Shown: positions 38,744 to 48,506 of the stretch, in pieces
How the letters are laid out: the number at the start of each line of letters is the position of its first letter
Numbering within the stretch: position 1 is the stretch's first letter
From: Candidatus Bathyarchaeota archaeon
Lineage (GTDB): Archaea; Thermoproteota; Bathyarchaeia; Bathyarchaeales; Bathycorpusculaceae
Assembly: GCA_963775685.1 (NCBI GenBank)
Contig: CAVZJV010000014.1
Span: 1,888,001-1,952,000 of the forward strand
Length of the DNA stretch: 64,000 bases
Direction: 5' to 3'
Notes under the pieces: model-generated
What the model saw: the letters and a program-made list of their open reading frames with translations, nothing else
Database searches by the model: none
What the model was told of the DNA's origin: nothing
Made by a program: the position numbers and the translations under genes

Positions 38744-40126
38744 TTGAAATATGACGTAATAGTCGTGGGCGCAGGTCCAGCAGGCATTTTCTCAGCGTTA
38801 GAGCTAACCGAAAAGACAAACCTCAACGTCATCGTCATTGACAGAGGTGCAGATATAGACAAACGCAAATGCCCCTCTAAACGAGGCTTTGAATGTGTCC
38901 ACTGTGAACCATGCTCCGTGCTTAGTGGTTGGGGCGGCGCAGGTGCCTATAGTGACGGCAAACTCACCCTATCAACCGAAGTTGGCGGCTGGCTCAACCA
39001 ATATGTTTCAACCAAAGAACTTGCTGAACTCGTAAAATACTGCGACAGCATCTACCTCAAATTCGGCGCCAGTGAACAAGTCTACGGCGGCGAAAACAAA
39101 GAAATTGACGAAATAGAACGTCAAGCTTCCCTTGCAGGTCTTAAACTTATCAAACAAGAAGTCCGCCACATGGGCACCGACAAATGCCTGGAAACGCTTC
39201 AGCGCATGCGCAAAACCCTCAACAACAAAATCACTTTTCTACCTAAAACAGAAGTTAAGGGGCTCATCGCCGAAAACCACACAATCAAAGGTGTCGAAAC
39301 CGTCGACGGCGAGAAAATCATGGGAAAATATGTCATCATCGCCCCCGGCAGAGGTGGCGCAGAGTGGCTTCAAACTGAAGCGCAAATCCGCGGTTTAAAG
39401 ACCGTAAATAACCCTGTTGACATCGGTGTGCGCGTGGAGCTTTTAGCTTCAATCATGGAGAAGCTAACCAAAGTTCTCTATGAACCTAAACTTCTCTATT
39501 TCTCACGCTCATTTGATGACCAAGTGCGCACTTTCTGTGTGTCCCCGTATGGAGAAGTCACTACCGAATCCTACGACGGTGTCCTAACCGTCAATGGCGG
39601 GAGCCAAGCAGAAACCAAAACAGCCAACACAAACTTCGCCATACTCGTCAGTACTTCATTTACTGAGCCGTTTAAAGAGCCAATTGCATACGGCAAATAC
39701 ATCGCTAGACTCTCAAACCTGCTCAGCGGAGGCGTCATGGTGCAGCGGTTAGGCGACCTTAACCATGGCAGACGCAGCACCCCTGAGCGGCTCGTGCACA
39801 GCGTCCTCACACCCACCCTCAAAAACGCCACCCCGGGAGATCTAAGCTTTGTCCTACCCTATCGTTACCTCACTGACATACGTGAAATGCTTGAAGCCCT
39901 CGACAAAATCGCTCCAGGCGTCGCTTCCCCCGAAACCTTACTTTATGGCGTTGAAGTCAAATTTTATTCCTCACACCTTCAACTCAACAATGCATTAGAA
40001 AGCAAAATCCAGAACATGTTCACCATAGGCGACGGCGCAGGCGTCACACGCGGGCTCATCCAAGCGTCAGCTTCAGGCGTAATCGTTGCCAGAGAAATCC
40101 TCAAACGAGAAAAACTGAAGGATTAG
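38744..40126 (+). CDS. NAD(P)/FAD-dependent oxidoreductase
   Basis: VVGAGPAG, GWGGAGAYSDGKL, GDGAGVTRG. Confidence 0.9.
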   Translation: MKYDVIVVGAGPAGIFSALELTEKTNLNVIVIDRGADIDKRKCPSKRGFECVHCEPCSVLSGWGGAGAYSDGKLTLSTEVGGWLNQYVSTKELAELVKYCDSIYLKFGASEQVYGGENKEIDEIERQASLAGLKLIKQEVRHMGTDKCLETLQRMRKTLNNKITFLPKTEVKGLIAENHTIKGVETVDGEKIMGKYVIIAPGRGGAEWLQTEAQIRGLKTVNNPVDIGVRVELLASIMEKLTKVLYEPKLLYFSRSFDDQVRTFCVSPYGEVTTESYDGVLTVNGGSQAETKTANTNFAILVSTSFTEPFKEPIAYGKYIARLSNLLSGGVMVQRLGDLNHGRRSTPERLVHSVLTPTLKNATPGDLSFVLPYRYLTDIREMLEALDKIAPGVASPETLLYGVEVKFYSSHLQLNNALESKIQNMFTIGDGAGVTRGLIQASASGVIVAREILKREKLKD

Positions 40127-40131
40127 ACAGC

Positions 40132-40875
40132 ATGGCGATAGCTCAAAACATTAAGTGCTCGCACTGCGGCGCCCCAGTAGATTTTAAGCCAGGTGAGTTA
40201 GTCACCACCTGCAAGTACTGCGGATTTACCACCGTAATCGAAACGGGTCAAGCGTTCACTTTTGATCATTCCCTGCTGCTAAATAGCTACTCGGAAGAGC
40301 AGGTGGAAAATCTGGTGCGGGATTGGATGCGTTCGGGTTTTATGAAGCCACGCGATTTAGCTAAGAAAGCAAAAATCACCGAGAAAAACCTGGTTTACCT
40401 GCCATTTTGGATTGTTTCTGCCGATGCTGCGACCAAGTACAAAGGAATATTTGAACGAATATCTCCAGCGATTGTTAAGGAAGGGCAAATCCAAAAAGAA
40501 TACAACTGGCTAGTGTTAGCCCAAGAAGCTTCTAGTTTTCCGACAAGAGAATACAATGTGCCTCTAAGTGGCAAAATACCCTATGATTTTAGAAAAATTG
40601 AGGGATTTGCTAAACTACTCAACAGTGAAATGACTCGTGAGGAAGCTCTGGAGATTGCCAAGCAGCAAATTGAAGCTCTTCACCGCTTTTTGCTACAGCA
40701 GGATATAGATAGAATTGTTGAAGCGACAACCACGGTTAACCTGAAACAGATGGTTTATTTGCATGCGCCAATCTGGTTCATCAAATACGAGTATAAAAAC
40801 AACAGCTTCCAAATGATAGTTGACGGAGCAACAGGTATGGTTTTAAAGGGTGATATACCCTCTTCCAAGTTCTAA
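40132..40875 (+). CDS. Zinc-ribbon protein (YdjG-like)
   Basis: CSHCGA...CKYCG, YLPFW, P.W...Y.Y, VDGATG. Confidence 0.7.
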   Translation: MAIAQNIKCSHCGAPVDFKPGELVTTCKYCGFTTVIETGQAFTFDHSLLLNSYSEEQVENLVRDWMRSGFMKPRDLAKKAKITEKNLVYLPFWIVSADAATKYKGIFERISPAIVKEGQIQKEYNWLVLAQEASSFPTREYNVPLSGKIPYDFRKIEGFAKLLNSEMTREEALEIAKQQIEALHRFLLQQDIDRIVEATTTVNLKQMVYLHAPIWFIKYEYKNNSFQMIVDGATGMVLKGDIPSSKF

Positions 40876-40944
40876 TTTGCTTTAATAAACTTTAAAAGCA
40901 AGCTTTTTTCTATAACGGAATGCAAATATTGGAGGATTTAGGAA

Positions 40945-41484
40945 ATGAGCGAAAATAAAGATGTGTATGCCCAAGCAAAAAGCCAAATGCGGCTTTCAGA
41001 ACGCATAGCTGTGTCGCTTCCAGGGTTCCGCGGATACAAAGAGAAGGAACTTCGCCGTGAATCAGACAAACTGATTAGAAATAATTTAACCCTCAAACTC
41101 TCCAAAGATAAGGATAACGTGCGAAGCATCGCACAGAGAATTGCTGATAAACGTTACCTTGATGTTCTTCCAGACATCGATAGACTAAACGCTAAAATGG
41201 ATCGCATAACCGAAAAAGTGAATCATGCCTCATACGGCTACGCTGGATTCTATGACATAGTGAAAATCAAGGAAGAAAACCTTGACCGGATGATAACTTT
41301 CGACAATCAACTCCTTGACGAAGTTGACGCTTTAACATCCAGTATCGACGACTTAAAGGCGCAACTATTGAGCGGAAACTACTCAAACCTGAAAGACAAA
41401 ATCCAAACCATAGCAGACAAGTTTGAATTGCTTGAGGACACCTTTGATAAACGTGAACAAGTAATCTTAGGAGTGACCCAATAA
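40945..41484 (+). CDS. Conserved alpha-helical hypothetical protein
   Basis: LPGFRGYKEKELRRESDKLIR; its stop overlaps the start of the SPFH gene. Confidence 0.75.
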   Translation: MSENKDVYAQAKSQMRLSERIAVSLPGFRGYKEKELRRESDKLIRNNLTLKLSKDKDNVRSIAQRIADKRYLDVLPDIDRLNAKMDRITEKVNHASYGYAGFYDIVKIKEENLDRMITFDNQLLDEVDALTSSIDDLKAQLLSGNYSNLKDKIQTIADKFELLEDTFDKREQVILGVTQ

Positions 41485-42461
41485 TGCCCCAGATAATAGA
41501 ATGGACAAATGCAGGACCAGACGCAATAGTTTGGCGTTATCCAAGTGAAGACATCACTTGGGGAGCGCAGTTAATCGTTCATGAATACGAGATGGCAGTG
41601 TTCTTCCGAGACGGCAAAGCATACGACGTGTTCGGCGCTGGCAGACACACTCTAACAACCCTGAATCTTCCCATACTAACAAACCTGTTGACTCGCCTTG
41701 CTGGCTTTGGCAGCAACAAACCCTTCAAAGCAGCGGTCCTGTTCATAAGTACCAAAGTGTTCGCTGGCAAATGGGGCACGAAAGCACAGACCACCGAGCT
41801 TGCACCCCTACAAACCTATGGGCAGTTCTGGTTTAAAGTCGGCGACGCATCACTCTTCGTTAACGAGGTTGTTGGTGGGCAAAACGCTTACGACACAGCT
41901 TCAGTCAACGATTTCTTGCGTGGCTTCCTAAACGAGAAGATAATCGATGAACTCAGCCACTACGACCTCATCACCGTCTTCACACGCCTAGACGAAACCT
42001 CTGTAATCGTCAAAAATAGCCTAATCGACTACTTCAAACGCGTGGGCATCGAACTAACCGACCTACGCTTCGAAGGCATAGATACGACACCCGAATACCG
42101 CGAACGACTCTTCTGGCTCAAAACAGGGCAAACCGCCCCTGGAGACGTACTACGCATGGAAACCGTCAAGAGCGCAGCCGCAAGCCTCGGTCAAGGAGGG
42201 GGCTCAGGAGCTCTCGGAGCAGGCATGGTACTTATTCCACAAATCATGACACCCACCGGAGCCCCACAAGCAGCACCTGCAGCAGCACTCGTTATTTGCC
42301 CCAAATGCGGAGAAAAAGTTCCAGCCACAAGCAAATTCTGCCCCAACTGCGGAACAAACCTAACACCGCCCTCAGCAGGCGCAATGACCTGTCCCAATTG
42401 CAGCAAATCCATCCCAGCAAACAGCAAGTTCTGTCCAGAATGCGGATTCAAAATCAGTTAG
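41484..42461 (+). CDS. SPFH/band-7 domain protein with a double zinc ribbon (YdjI-like)
   Basis: GAQLIVHEYEMAVFFRDG..GRHTL.T.NLP, KWGT; C-terminal CPKCG/CPNCG/CPNC/CPECG. Confidence 0.88.
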   Translation: MPQIIEWTNAGPDAIVWRYPSEDITWGAQLIVHEYEMAVFFRDGKAYDVFGAGRHTLTTLNLPILTNLLTRLAGFGSNKPFKAAVLFISTKVFAGKWGTKAQTTELAPLQTYGQFWFKVGDASLFVNEVVGGQNAYDTASVNDFLRGFLNEKIIDELSHYDLITVFTRLDETSVIVKNSLIDYFKRVGIELTDLRFEGIDTTPEYRERLFWLKTGQTAPGDVLRMETVKSAAASLGQGGGSGALGAGMVLIPQIMTPTGAPQAAPAAALVICPKCGEKVPATSKFCPNCGTNLTPPSAGAMTCPNCSKSIPANSKFCPECGFKIS

Positions 42462-42473
42462 GAGAACCAATAA

Positions 42474-42812
42474 ATGAGTAGTAGCGATCGTCAACTGTTA
42501 AGTTTTGGCGTCTTCCTCATAATCGTAGTTGTAGGAATACTGCTGGCGCTTGCAGGAGTCATCGGCTGGGACCTATTTGTTCCAGTGGTTCTGGTACTTT
42601 CAGGGTTCTGGGCAATCGCTTTGGCGGGCCTAAGGGCAGGTAAGCCACAGAGGTACGAACGCGGAACCTTCAGCACAATGGCTTTGGGATTTGGGCTTAT
42701 CGGAATAAGTGCTGCATGGTACCTATTCAGCATCAACTGGCTCTACTCGCTGATAGTTATACTGCTGATAGTTGCAGCTTTATCCATTGCAGCTGCACTA
42801 AGACGCAAATAG
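42474..42812 (+). CDS. Small four-TM membrane protein
   Basis: Hydrophobic ORF at the end of the SPFH operon. Confidence 0.7.
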   Translation: MSSSDRQLLSFGVFLIIVVVGILLALAGVIGWDLFVPVVLVLSGFWAIALAGLRAGKPQRYERGTFSTMALGFGLIGISAAWYLFSINWLYSLIVILLIVAALSIAAALRRK

Positions 42813-42886
42813 TCTCATTGAGCCCTTTTTGGCTCTAAACATTTTTCTATCACATCTGTACAGTGATGATGTAGAAGGCAGCAGGC

Positions 42887-44491
42887 ATGAGCGAAGAAGC
42901 GATAATTGGCCACGGCACATGGTACGACATGATGGCGAAGAAAGTCATCGAAAGGGAACAATCTCTAAACCGTGATTTGAGGAGAATCCGCACGGAGATG
43001 GGCCTTGGCGCCTCTGGTTTTCCACATATTGGCAGCTTAGGTGATGCATCTCGGAGTTACGCGGTTACTTTGGCGCTCAAAAACCTGAACTGCCATTCTG
43101 AACTCGTTGCCTTCTGCGACGACAAAGACGGTTTACGTAAGGTTCCCGTAGGGCTCTCCAAGGATATAGAGAAGTACCTTGGTTACTCTGTCTCAAGCAT
43201 ACCTGACCCATTTGGGTGCCACGAAAGCTACGGAAAACACATGAGTTCTCTGCTACTGGATGCTTTGGATAAATGCGGCATTGAATACACATATTATTCA
43301 GCCAAAGAAGTTTATGAAAAAGGATTACTACTAAGCGAGATAAGAACAATACTAATCAACGCCAAGAAAGTTGGGGAAATTGTAAAAGAAGAAGTAGGAC
43401 AAGAAACCTACACTGAGGTCTTACCATTTTTTGCTGTCTGCGAGAAATGCGGTCACCTATATACAACTAGAGCCTATAAGTTCGATCCCAAAACTGACAA
43501 GGTCTCCTACAAATGTGAAGGTCTTGAAATACGGGGCAAACTGATTGCCGGCTGTGGTCATGAAGGTGAAGTTGACATAAAAAGCGGCGAAGGCAAGCTT
43601 ACCTGGAAAAGTGAATTTGCAGCCCGCTGGAAAGCCTTGGACATAAGATTTGAAGCTTATGGCAAAGACATCGCTGACTCGGTGCGCATCAACGATCGCA
43701 TCTGCCGTGAAGTCCTCTGTTTTGAACCGCCTTCCCACGCCAAGTATGAGATGTTCCTCGACAAGGGTGGAAAAAAAATCTCTAAGTCAGCAGGCAACGT
43801 CTTCACGCCCCAAGTATGGTTCAATTATGGTTCACCTCAGTCGTTGCTTTTGCTTATGCTTAAGCGGTTTGTAGGCACACGAACCTTGGATGTCTCAGAC
43901 ATTCCAGCATATATGAATGAAATCGATAACCTCGAAGACGTTTACTTCGGAAAAAAACAAGTCAGTGAAAAAGAAGCTACCAAACTCAAAGGCTTATACC
44001 TCTACTGCTACATCATGAAACCTCCAGGCAAACCAAGCATTCATGTTCCCTACAACCTTATGGCATTCCTCGTTAAGATGTCTCCTAAAGGATGTATAAA
44101 CGACTACGTCTCAGAGAAACTGCAAAGCTACGGTTACCTGCAGAAAAATCAAACATTAGACCACGGCTTAAAGCAGCGCATTGAGTACGCGTTGAATTGG
44201 ACACGCGACTTCCACGAAATCAAAGAAACCGTTATTGACTTCACAACTGAAGAAAAGAAAGCCCTTACCGAGCTTGTCACCAAACTACAGACCGAGGATG
44301 ACCCAGACAAAATTCAAAATGCCATCTTCAACGCAGCAAAAGACAACGGTATAAAACCGGGTGCCTTCTTCAAGGTGCTCTATCAGGTTTTGCTGGGTGC
44401 ACCGCAGGGCCCCCGTCTCGGTCCGTACGTACTTGCTATGGGAAAACAAAACGTTCTTGCCGCGTTACAAAGAGTAATCAGCAAAAAATAG
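42887..44491 (+). CDS. lysS: Lysyl-tRNA synthetase, class I
   Basis: SGFPHIGS (HIGH-like), KISKSAGN (KMSKS-like), GPRLG. Confidence 0.96.
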   Translation: MSEEAIIGHGTWYDMMAKKVIEREQSLNRDLRRIRTEMGLGASGFPHIGSLGDASRSYAVTLALKNLNCHSELVAFCDDKDGLRKVPVGLSKDIEKYLGYSVSSIPDPFGCHESYGKHMSSLLLDALDKCGIEYTYYSAKEVYEKGLLLSEIRTILINAKKVGEIVKEEVGQETYTEVLPFFAVCEKCGHLYTTRAYKFDPKTDKVSYKCEGLEIRGKLIAGCGHEGEVDIKSGEGKLTWKSEFAARWKALDIRFEAYGKDIADSVRINDRICREVLCFEPPSHAKYEMFLDKGGKKISKSAGNVFTPQVWFNYGSPQSLLLLMLKRFVGTRTLDVSDIPAYMNEIDNLEDVYFGKKQVSEKEATKLKGLYLYCYIMKPPGKPSIHVPYNLMAFLVKMSPKGCINDYVSEKLQSYGYLQKNQTLDHGLKQRIEYALNWTRDFHEIKETVIDFTTEEKKALTELVTKLQTEDDPDKIQNAIFNAAKDNGIKPGAFFKVLYQVLLGAPQGPRLGPYVLAMGKQNVLAALQRVISKK

Positions 44492-44645
44492 GTTTTCCCA
44501 AAATTTTACTTTGTTAACAATGGTTCCTACAAAGTAACAAAACCCTTACTTATCTTTCTACTTAATGTTCACAGTAAATTTTTGGAGAAATTTATAGTTG
44601 AGTTATTGAACTCTGCCAAATGTAGGATCAAAAAATACGACGTCA

Positions 44646-45400
44646 GTGCCAAAATTAAGGATTATATTTCTTGGGGGCAAGCTACTTGCGTTGTGCTTTG
44701 AATTTGATGAGAGGTTTAGAGCTATTTTAGAAAATATTCCTTCATCTGTTATAGTTATTGAAGAGCCTGATGGCAAAGTAACCTACGCTAATAACCGAGC
44801 CTTGACTTCATGGTGCAAACCGTGCTGGATTGAAATAAATAAGCATACTGCAACTATGAAGATTTTAACTTTAGAAAGCAAAATCTGTCTACCGAAGAAC
44901 TTTACAGTTGCAGCTTTTTTCAAAGAGGAAATTTTGCGAAACTCAATCATAGTAATTGAACAACATTCTGGAAAGCGGTTCATTGTTGTGGTGAGCGGAA
45001 ATCCGCTTATTGTAAAGAAGGCAAAGTCAATGCTACAAGTTGTTCTTGATGACGTTACTGCCCACATTATGCTCAAAACGCACTAACGGAAAGTGGGGCG
45101 CGTTGAAAAAGTCAAGGGGATTGCTCAAGTAGGACGCTGGGAATACTTTGCAAAGAGGAAATGGCAATTTGGTCTGAAGAGGTATTCCGTATTTTAGGCA
45201 CCTCGACAGTATGGCCCAAATATCAGTGAGTATGTGGTTCGAATTTTCCCTGAGGAAGAGAAGACGTCTTCGGATTAGTTGTCGTTAAACGTTTAGAGGA
45301 ATCACAGGGTGGCACGATTAGTTTGGAAAGCACATTGGGAAAAGGAACACGATTCAAAACTGAATTTCCAAAAACCAACGATGCACCAAAGTAGATTGCT
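44646..45400 (+). pseudogene. Degraded PAS sensor histidine kinase
   Basis: PAS-like ERFRAILENIP...YAN. Downstream out-of-frame fragments include GLVVVKRLEESQGGTISLESTLGKGTRFKTEFP (HATPase C-terminal box). The middle of the gene is missing. Confidence 0.65.
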
Positions 45401-45502
45401 TTCTGATCGAAACTTCCCTGCTTTAGTTTTTGAAATGTTTGCATACCCTGGTAATTTTAAGACATTTTTTCAGATGATAACGAACAATGAACGATTAAGT
45501 TA

Positions 45503-45516
45503 GAAAGAATTATAAA
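45503..45516 (+). promoter_or_regulatory. BRE-TATA promoter of paralog C
   Basis: GAAAGAATTATAAA matches GAAAGTATTATAAA (48378-48391) upstream of paralog D, at nearly the same distance from the leader hairpin. Confidence 0.65.
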
Positions 45517-45541
45517 TTAAGATACCATTCATGTTAGAGAT

Positions 45542-45599
45542 ATTGGGCAAGGATAAGAAACACTCGACAATTCGATTAGTGTTTACTCTTTTGCTCAAT
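45542..45599 (+). promoter_or_regulatory. 5'-UTR hairpin of paralog C
   Basis: ATTGGGCAA/TTGCTCAAT and AAACACT/AGTGTTT pairings; begins at the predicted TSS. Confidence 0.6.
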
Positions 45600-45625
45600 T
45601 AGAATAAATTAAGAGGAAAAGAAAA

Positions 45626-48220
45626 ATGCAAAAACTAAAAAATAAAACTATGGCTATTTTGATCGCAGCAATTTTAACAATATCAATGGCAACTTCGATA
45701 ATGCTCGTGCCAAATGCTAGCGCTCATACACCTGCGTGGGAGATTCCGACGTATATGTTTGTTAGCGTCGCACCAAACCCAATTGGTGTCGGACAGACAG
45801 TCAACGTTAACCTCTGGTGTAACGCACCCCCACCAACGGCAAGTGCACAATATGGTGACAGATGGACAAACTTAACTCTAGTTATCACTAAACCTGATGG
45901 AAGTACACAAAAATTAGGGCCATTCTCATCTGATGCAACTGGAGGAACGGTCACAACCTTTACTCCTGACACAGTCGGCAATTACAGTTTACAAAGCTTC
46001 TTTGGAGGCGAAGTGCTACCAGGTCTAAACAATCCCGTACCAGGAACTATTTCAAACAATGCATTCGTTAACGACACCTTCCTACCTAGCTCCAGCAGCA
46101 AATTTGTTCTAACAGTGCAGCAAGACCCAATATCGTACGAGCCAGCAGCACCACTACCAACCAGCTATTGGACTCGCCCAATTTACGGCGAGAACAACGC
46201 TTGGTACACAATCGCAGGCAACTGGCTTGGCCTATCCGCGTCAACCTTTGCAGCAACTGGAATGTACAGCGTAATGTCAAACTATAACCCGTACACAACC
46301 GCTCCTAACTCTGCCCACATACTTTGGACAAAACCAGTAGCGTTCGGCGGTATAATTGGAGGCGAATTCGGTGGAAGTGAAACAGGCAACTACTACTCTA
46401 CATCTCAATATGAACCAAAGTTTGCTCCAATCATTATGCAAGGCATCCTATACTACTCACTCTATCCCGGATCCTCAACCTATCCGCAAGGATGGACCGC
46501 TGTAGATCTGCATACTGGGGAAACACTTTGGACCAAGAACATAAACACTGAAGTGCTAAAATGCGGACAAATTCTCCAAATGATTACACCTAACCAATAC
46601 GGTGCCCTCGCATACCTCTGGACCATCCCAGTAGCAGCAGCAGGCTACCAAGCAGCAGGACAATACATGTCAATGTATGACGCAATGACTGGCAACTATA
46701 TACTAACTATCAAAAACACACCTTCAATGTCACTTACTGAAGACGAACGCGGAAACTTGATAGGCTACTATGTCAACAGCAGCCAGGGACAACGGTCACT
46801 TTCTGTTTGGAACTCTACAAGATGCATTAACCTAGTTGGAGCCAACTATGGCGGCGGTGCATCAGTTGCAGATCAATGGATGTGGAGACCCCCATACAAC
46901 ACAACAATCGACTTCCAATTGGGAGTACAAGACTCATGGCCCATAGTAACCTCAATTGACAATACACCTATCTCTCTGGGGCTTTCTTCTATTACTGACG
47001 GAGTGGCACTCATGACGCAAGCAAGCGTTGCAGGGAGTTCATTCTTCCAGAACGGATGGATTATTCAAGCAGGTTACGACCTTAGCACAGGGGACAAACT
47101 CTGGGGACCAGTAAACCGCACAGAAGTCATAGATTCAAGAGTGCTATACGGATCAACGACAGCTGGTAACGGCGTTTGGGTAGAATTTGACGCAGCCGCA
47201 CTGACAGCAACTGGATATAGTCTCCACACAGGCGAAAAAGTCTGGGGTCCAAAAGCACTTCCAAATGTTAGCCCCTTCGCTTCACTAGGTGAACAATACG
47301 TTGTCGCTGACAAAACAATCTACCTCTGGACCTATGGCGGAGACATATACGCTATTGACTTGGCAACAGGAACCTTCAATTGGGAATATCACACACCTCC
47401 AGGCGGTTACGAATCACCTTACGGTATAGAGCCTCTTTGGACTTTCACTGTAGGGACAGTCGCTGACGGAAAACTATTCGTGCCTGAAGGCCACATGTAC
47501 AGCCCACCATTATTCCACAACGCACAACAGCTAGCAATAAACACTACCAACGGTCAAGTCGTATGGAGTATTGATGCTTTTGATGTTACCAGCGCACCCG
47601 CGATTTCTGACGGGATTATGACAACCCTAAACGCCTACGACAACCAGATCTACACTTGGGGTAAAGGTCCAACCGCTATGACTGTTACTGCACCTGACGT
47701 TGGCGTAACAACTGCCACTCCAATAACAATCAGGGGTGCAGTTATCGACAAGTCAGCTGGAACCCAGCAACAAGCTCAAGTAGCCAACTTCCCCAACGGC
47801 GTCCCAGCTGTATCAGATGAAAGCCAAACTGCATGGATGGAATATGTCTACATGCAACAGCCAATGCCAACAAACACAACAGGCGTCTCAATCATCATAA
47901 GCGTCATTGACTCAAATGGCAACAGCCGTCAAATTGGCAGCACCACAAGCGATGCAAGCGGCATGTTCTCTCTCACATGGACACCCGACATAACAGGACC
48001 CTACACCGTAATAGCCAGCTTCCCTGGCTCAGAATCATACTACTCCTCTTCTGCAGAAACATCCTTCTACGCAAGCGAGCCAGCACCAACAGCATCTCCA
48101 TACCCACAGGTATCTTTTCCACCTACTGAAATGTACATTGCTGCAGCGGCAGTCGGAATAATAATTGCAGTAGCCATAGTCGGCGCTGTACTATTATTGG
48201 CAATCAAGAAACGGCCATAA
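45626..48220 (+). CDS. Secreted, C-terminally anchored PQQ-like beta-propeller surface protein (paralog C)
   Basis: MQKLKNKTMA signal peptide, PNPIGVGQ, propeller repeats, FPNGVPAVSDES, TM helix and KKRP tail. Confidence 0.85.
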   Translation: MQKLKNKTMAILIAAILTISMATSIMLVPNASAHTPAWEIPTYMFVSVAPNPIGVGQTVNVNLWCNAPPPTASAQYGDRWTNLTLVITKPDGSTQKLGPFSSDATGGTVTTFTPDTVGNYSLQSFFGGEVLPGLNNPVPGTISNNAFVNDTFLPSSSSKFVLTVQQDPISYEPAAPLPTSYWTRPIYGENNAWYTIAGNWLGLSASTFAATGMYSVMSNYNPYTTAPNSAHILWTKPVAFGGIIGGEFGGSETGNYYSTSQYEPKFAPIIMQGILYYSLYPGSSTYPQGWTAVDLHTGETLWTKNINTEVLKCGQILQMITPNQYGALAYLWTIPVAAAGYQAAGQYMSMYDAMTGNYILTIKNTPSMSLTEDERGNLIGYYVNSSQGQRSLSVWNSTRCINLVGANYGGGASVADQWMWRPPYNTTIDFQLGVQDSWPIVTSIDNTPISLGLSSITDGVALMTQASVAGSSFFQNGWIIQAGYDLSTGDKLWGPVNRTEVIDSRVLYGSTTAGNGVWVEFDAAALTATGYSLHTGEKVWGPKALPNVSPFASLGEQYVVADKTIYLWTYGGDIYAIDLATGTFNWEYHTPPGGYESPYGIEPLWTFTVGTVADGKLFVPEGHMYSPPLFHNAQQLAINTTNGQVVWSIDAFDVTSAPAISDGIMTTLNAYDNQIYTWGKGPTAMTVTAPDVGVTTATPITIRGAVIDKSAGTQQQAQVANFPNGVPAVSDESQTAWMEYVYMQQPMPTNTTGVSIIISVIDSNGNSRQIGSTTSDASGMFSLTWTPDITGPYTVIASFPGSESYYSSSAETSFYASEPAPTASPYPQVSFPPTEMYIAAAAVGIIIAVAIVGAVLLLAIKKRP

Positions 48221-48377
48221 GAAACACAAAACCAAAAATAATTTCCCCTTTCTTCTTTTTTTTGGTTTAATTGATAAAGTCATGACAAATTCTTTGAGAG
48301 CCTTTATAGTTTGCTCGACGTTTAGTGAAGAACTGATTTACCCCTCGTTTGCAAAGGTTAACAAAATCGGGAATTTC

Positions 48378-48391
48378 GAAAGTATTATAAA
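48378..48391 (+). promoter_or_regulatory. BRE-TATA promoter of paralog D
   Basis: GAAAGTATTATAAA, conserved with the paralog C promoter. Confidence 0.65.
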
Positions 48392-48417
48392 CTAACTCAT
48401 TGAATAGAGCTATTTTA

Positions 48418-48481
48418 ATTGGGCAAAAGCGCATAGACATTGATTCTTTAGGACAAATGTTTAGCTTAGGCTTTGTCCAAT
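48418..48481 (+). promoter_or_regulatory. 5'-UTR hairpin of paralog D
   Basis: ATTGGGCAAA/TTTGTCCAAT and TAGACATT/AATGTTTA pairings. Confidence 0.6.
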
Positions 48482-48506
48482 GAGAAAAATTTAAGGAGAA
48501 AGAAAA

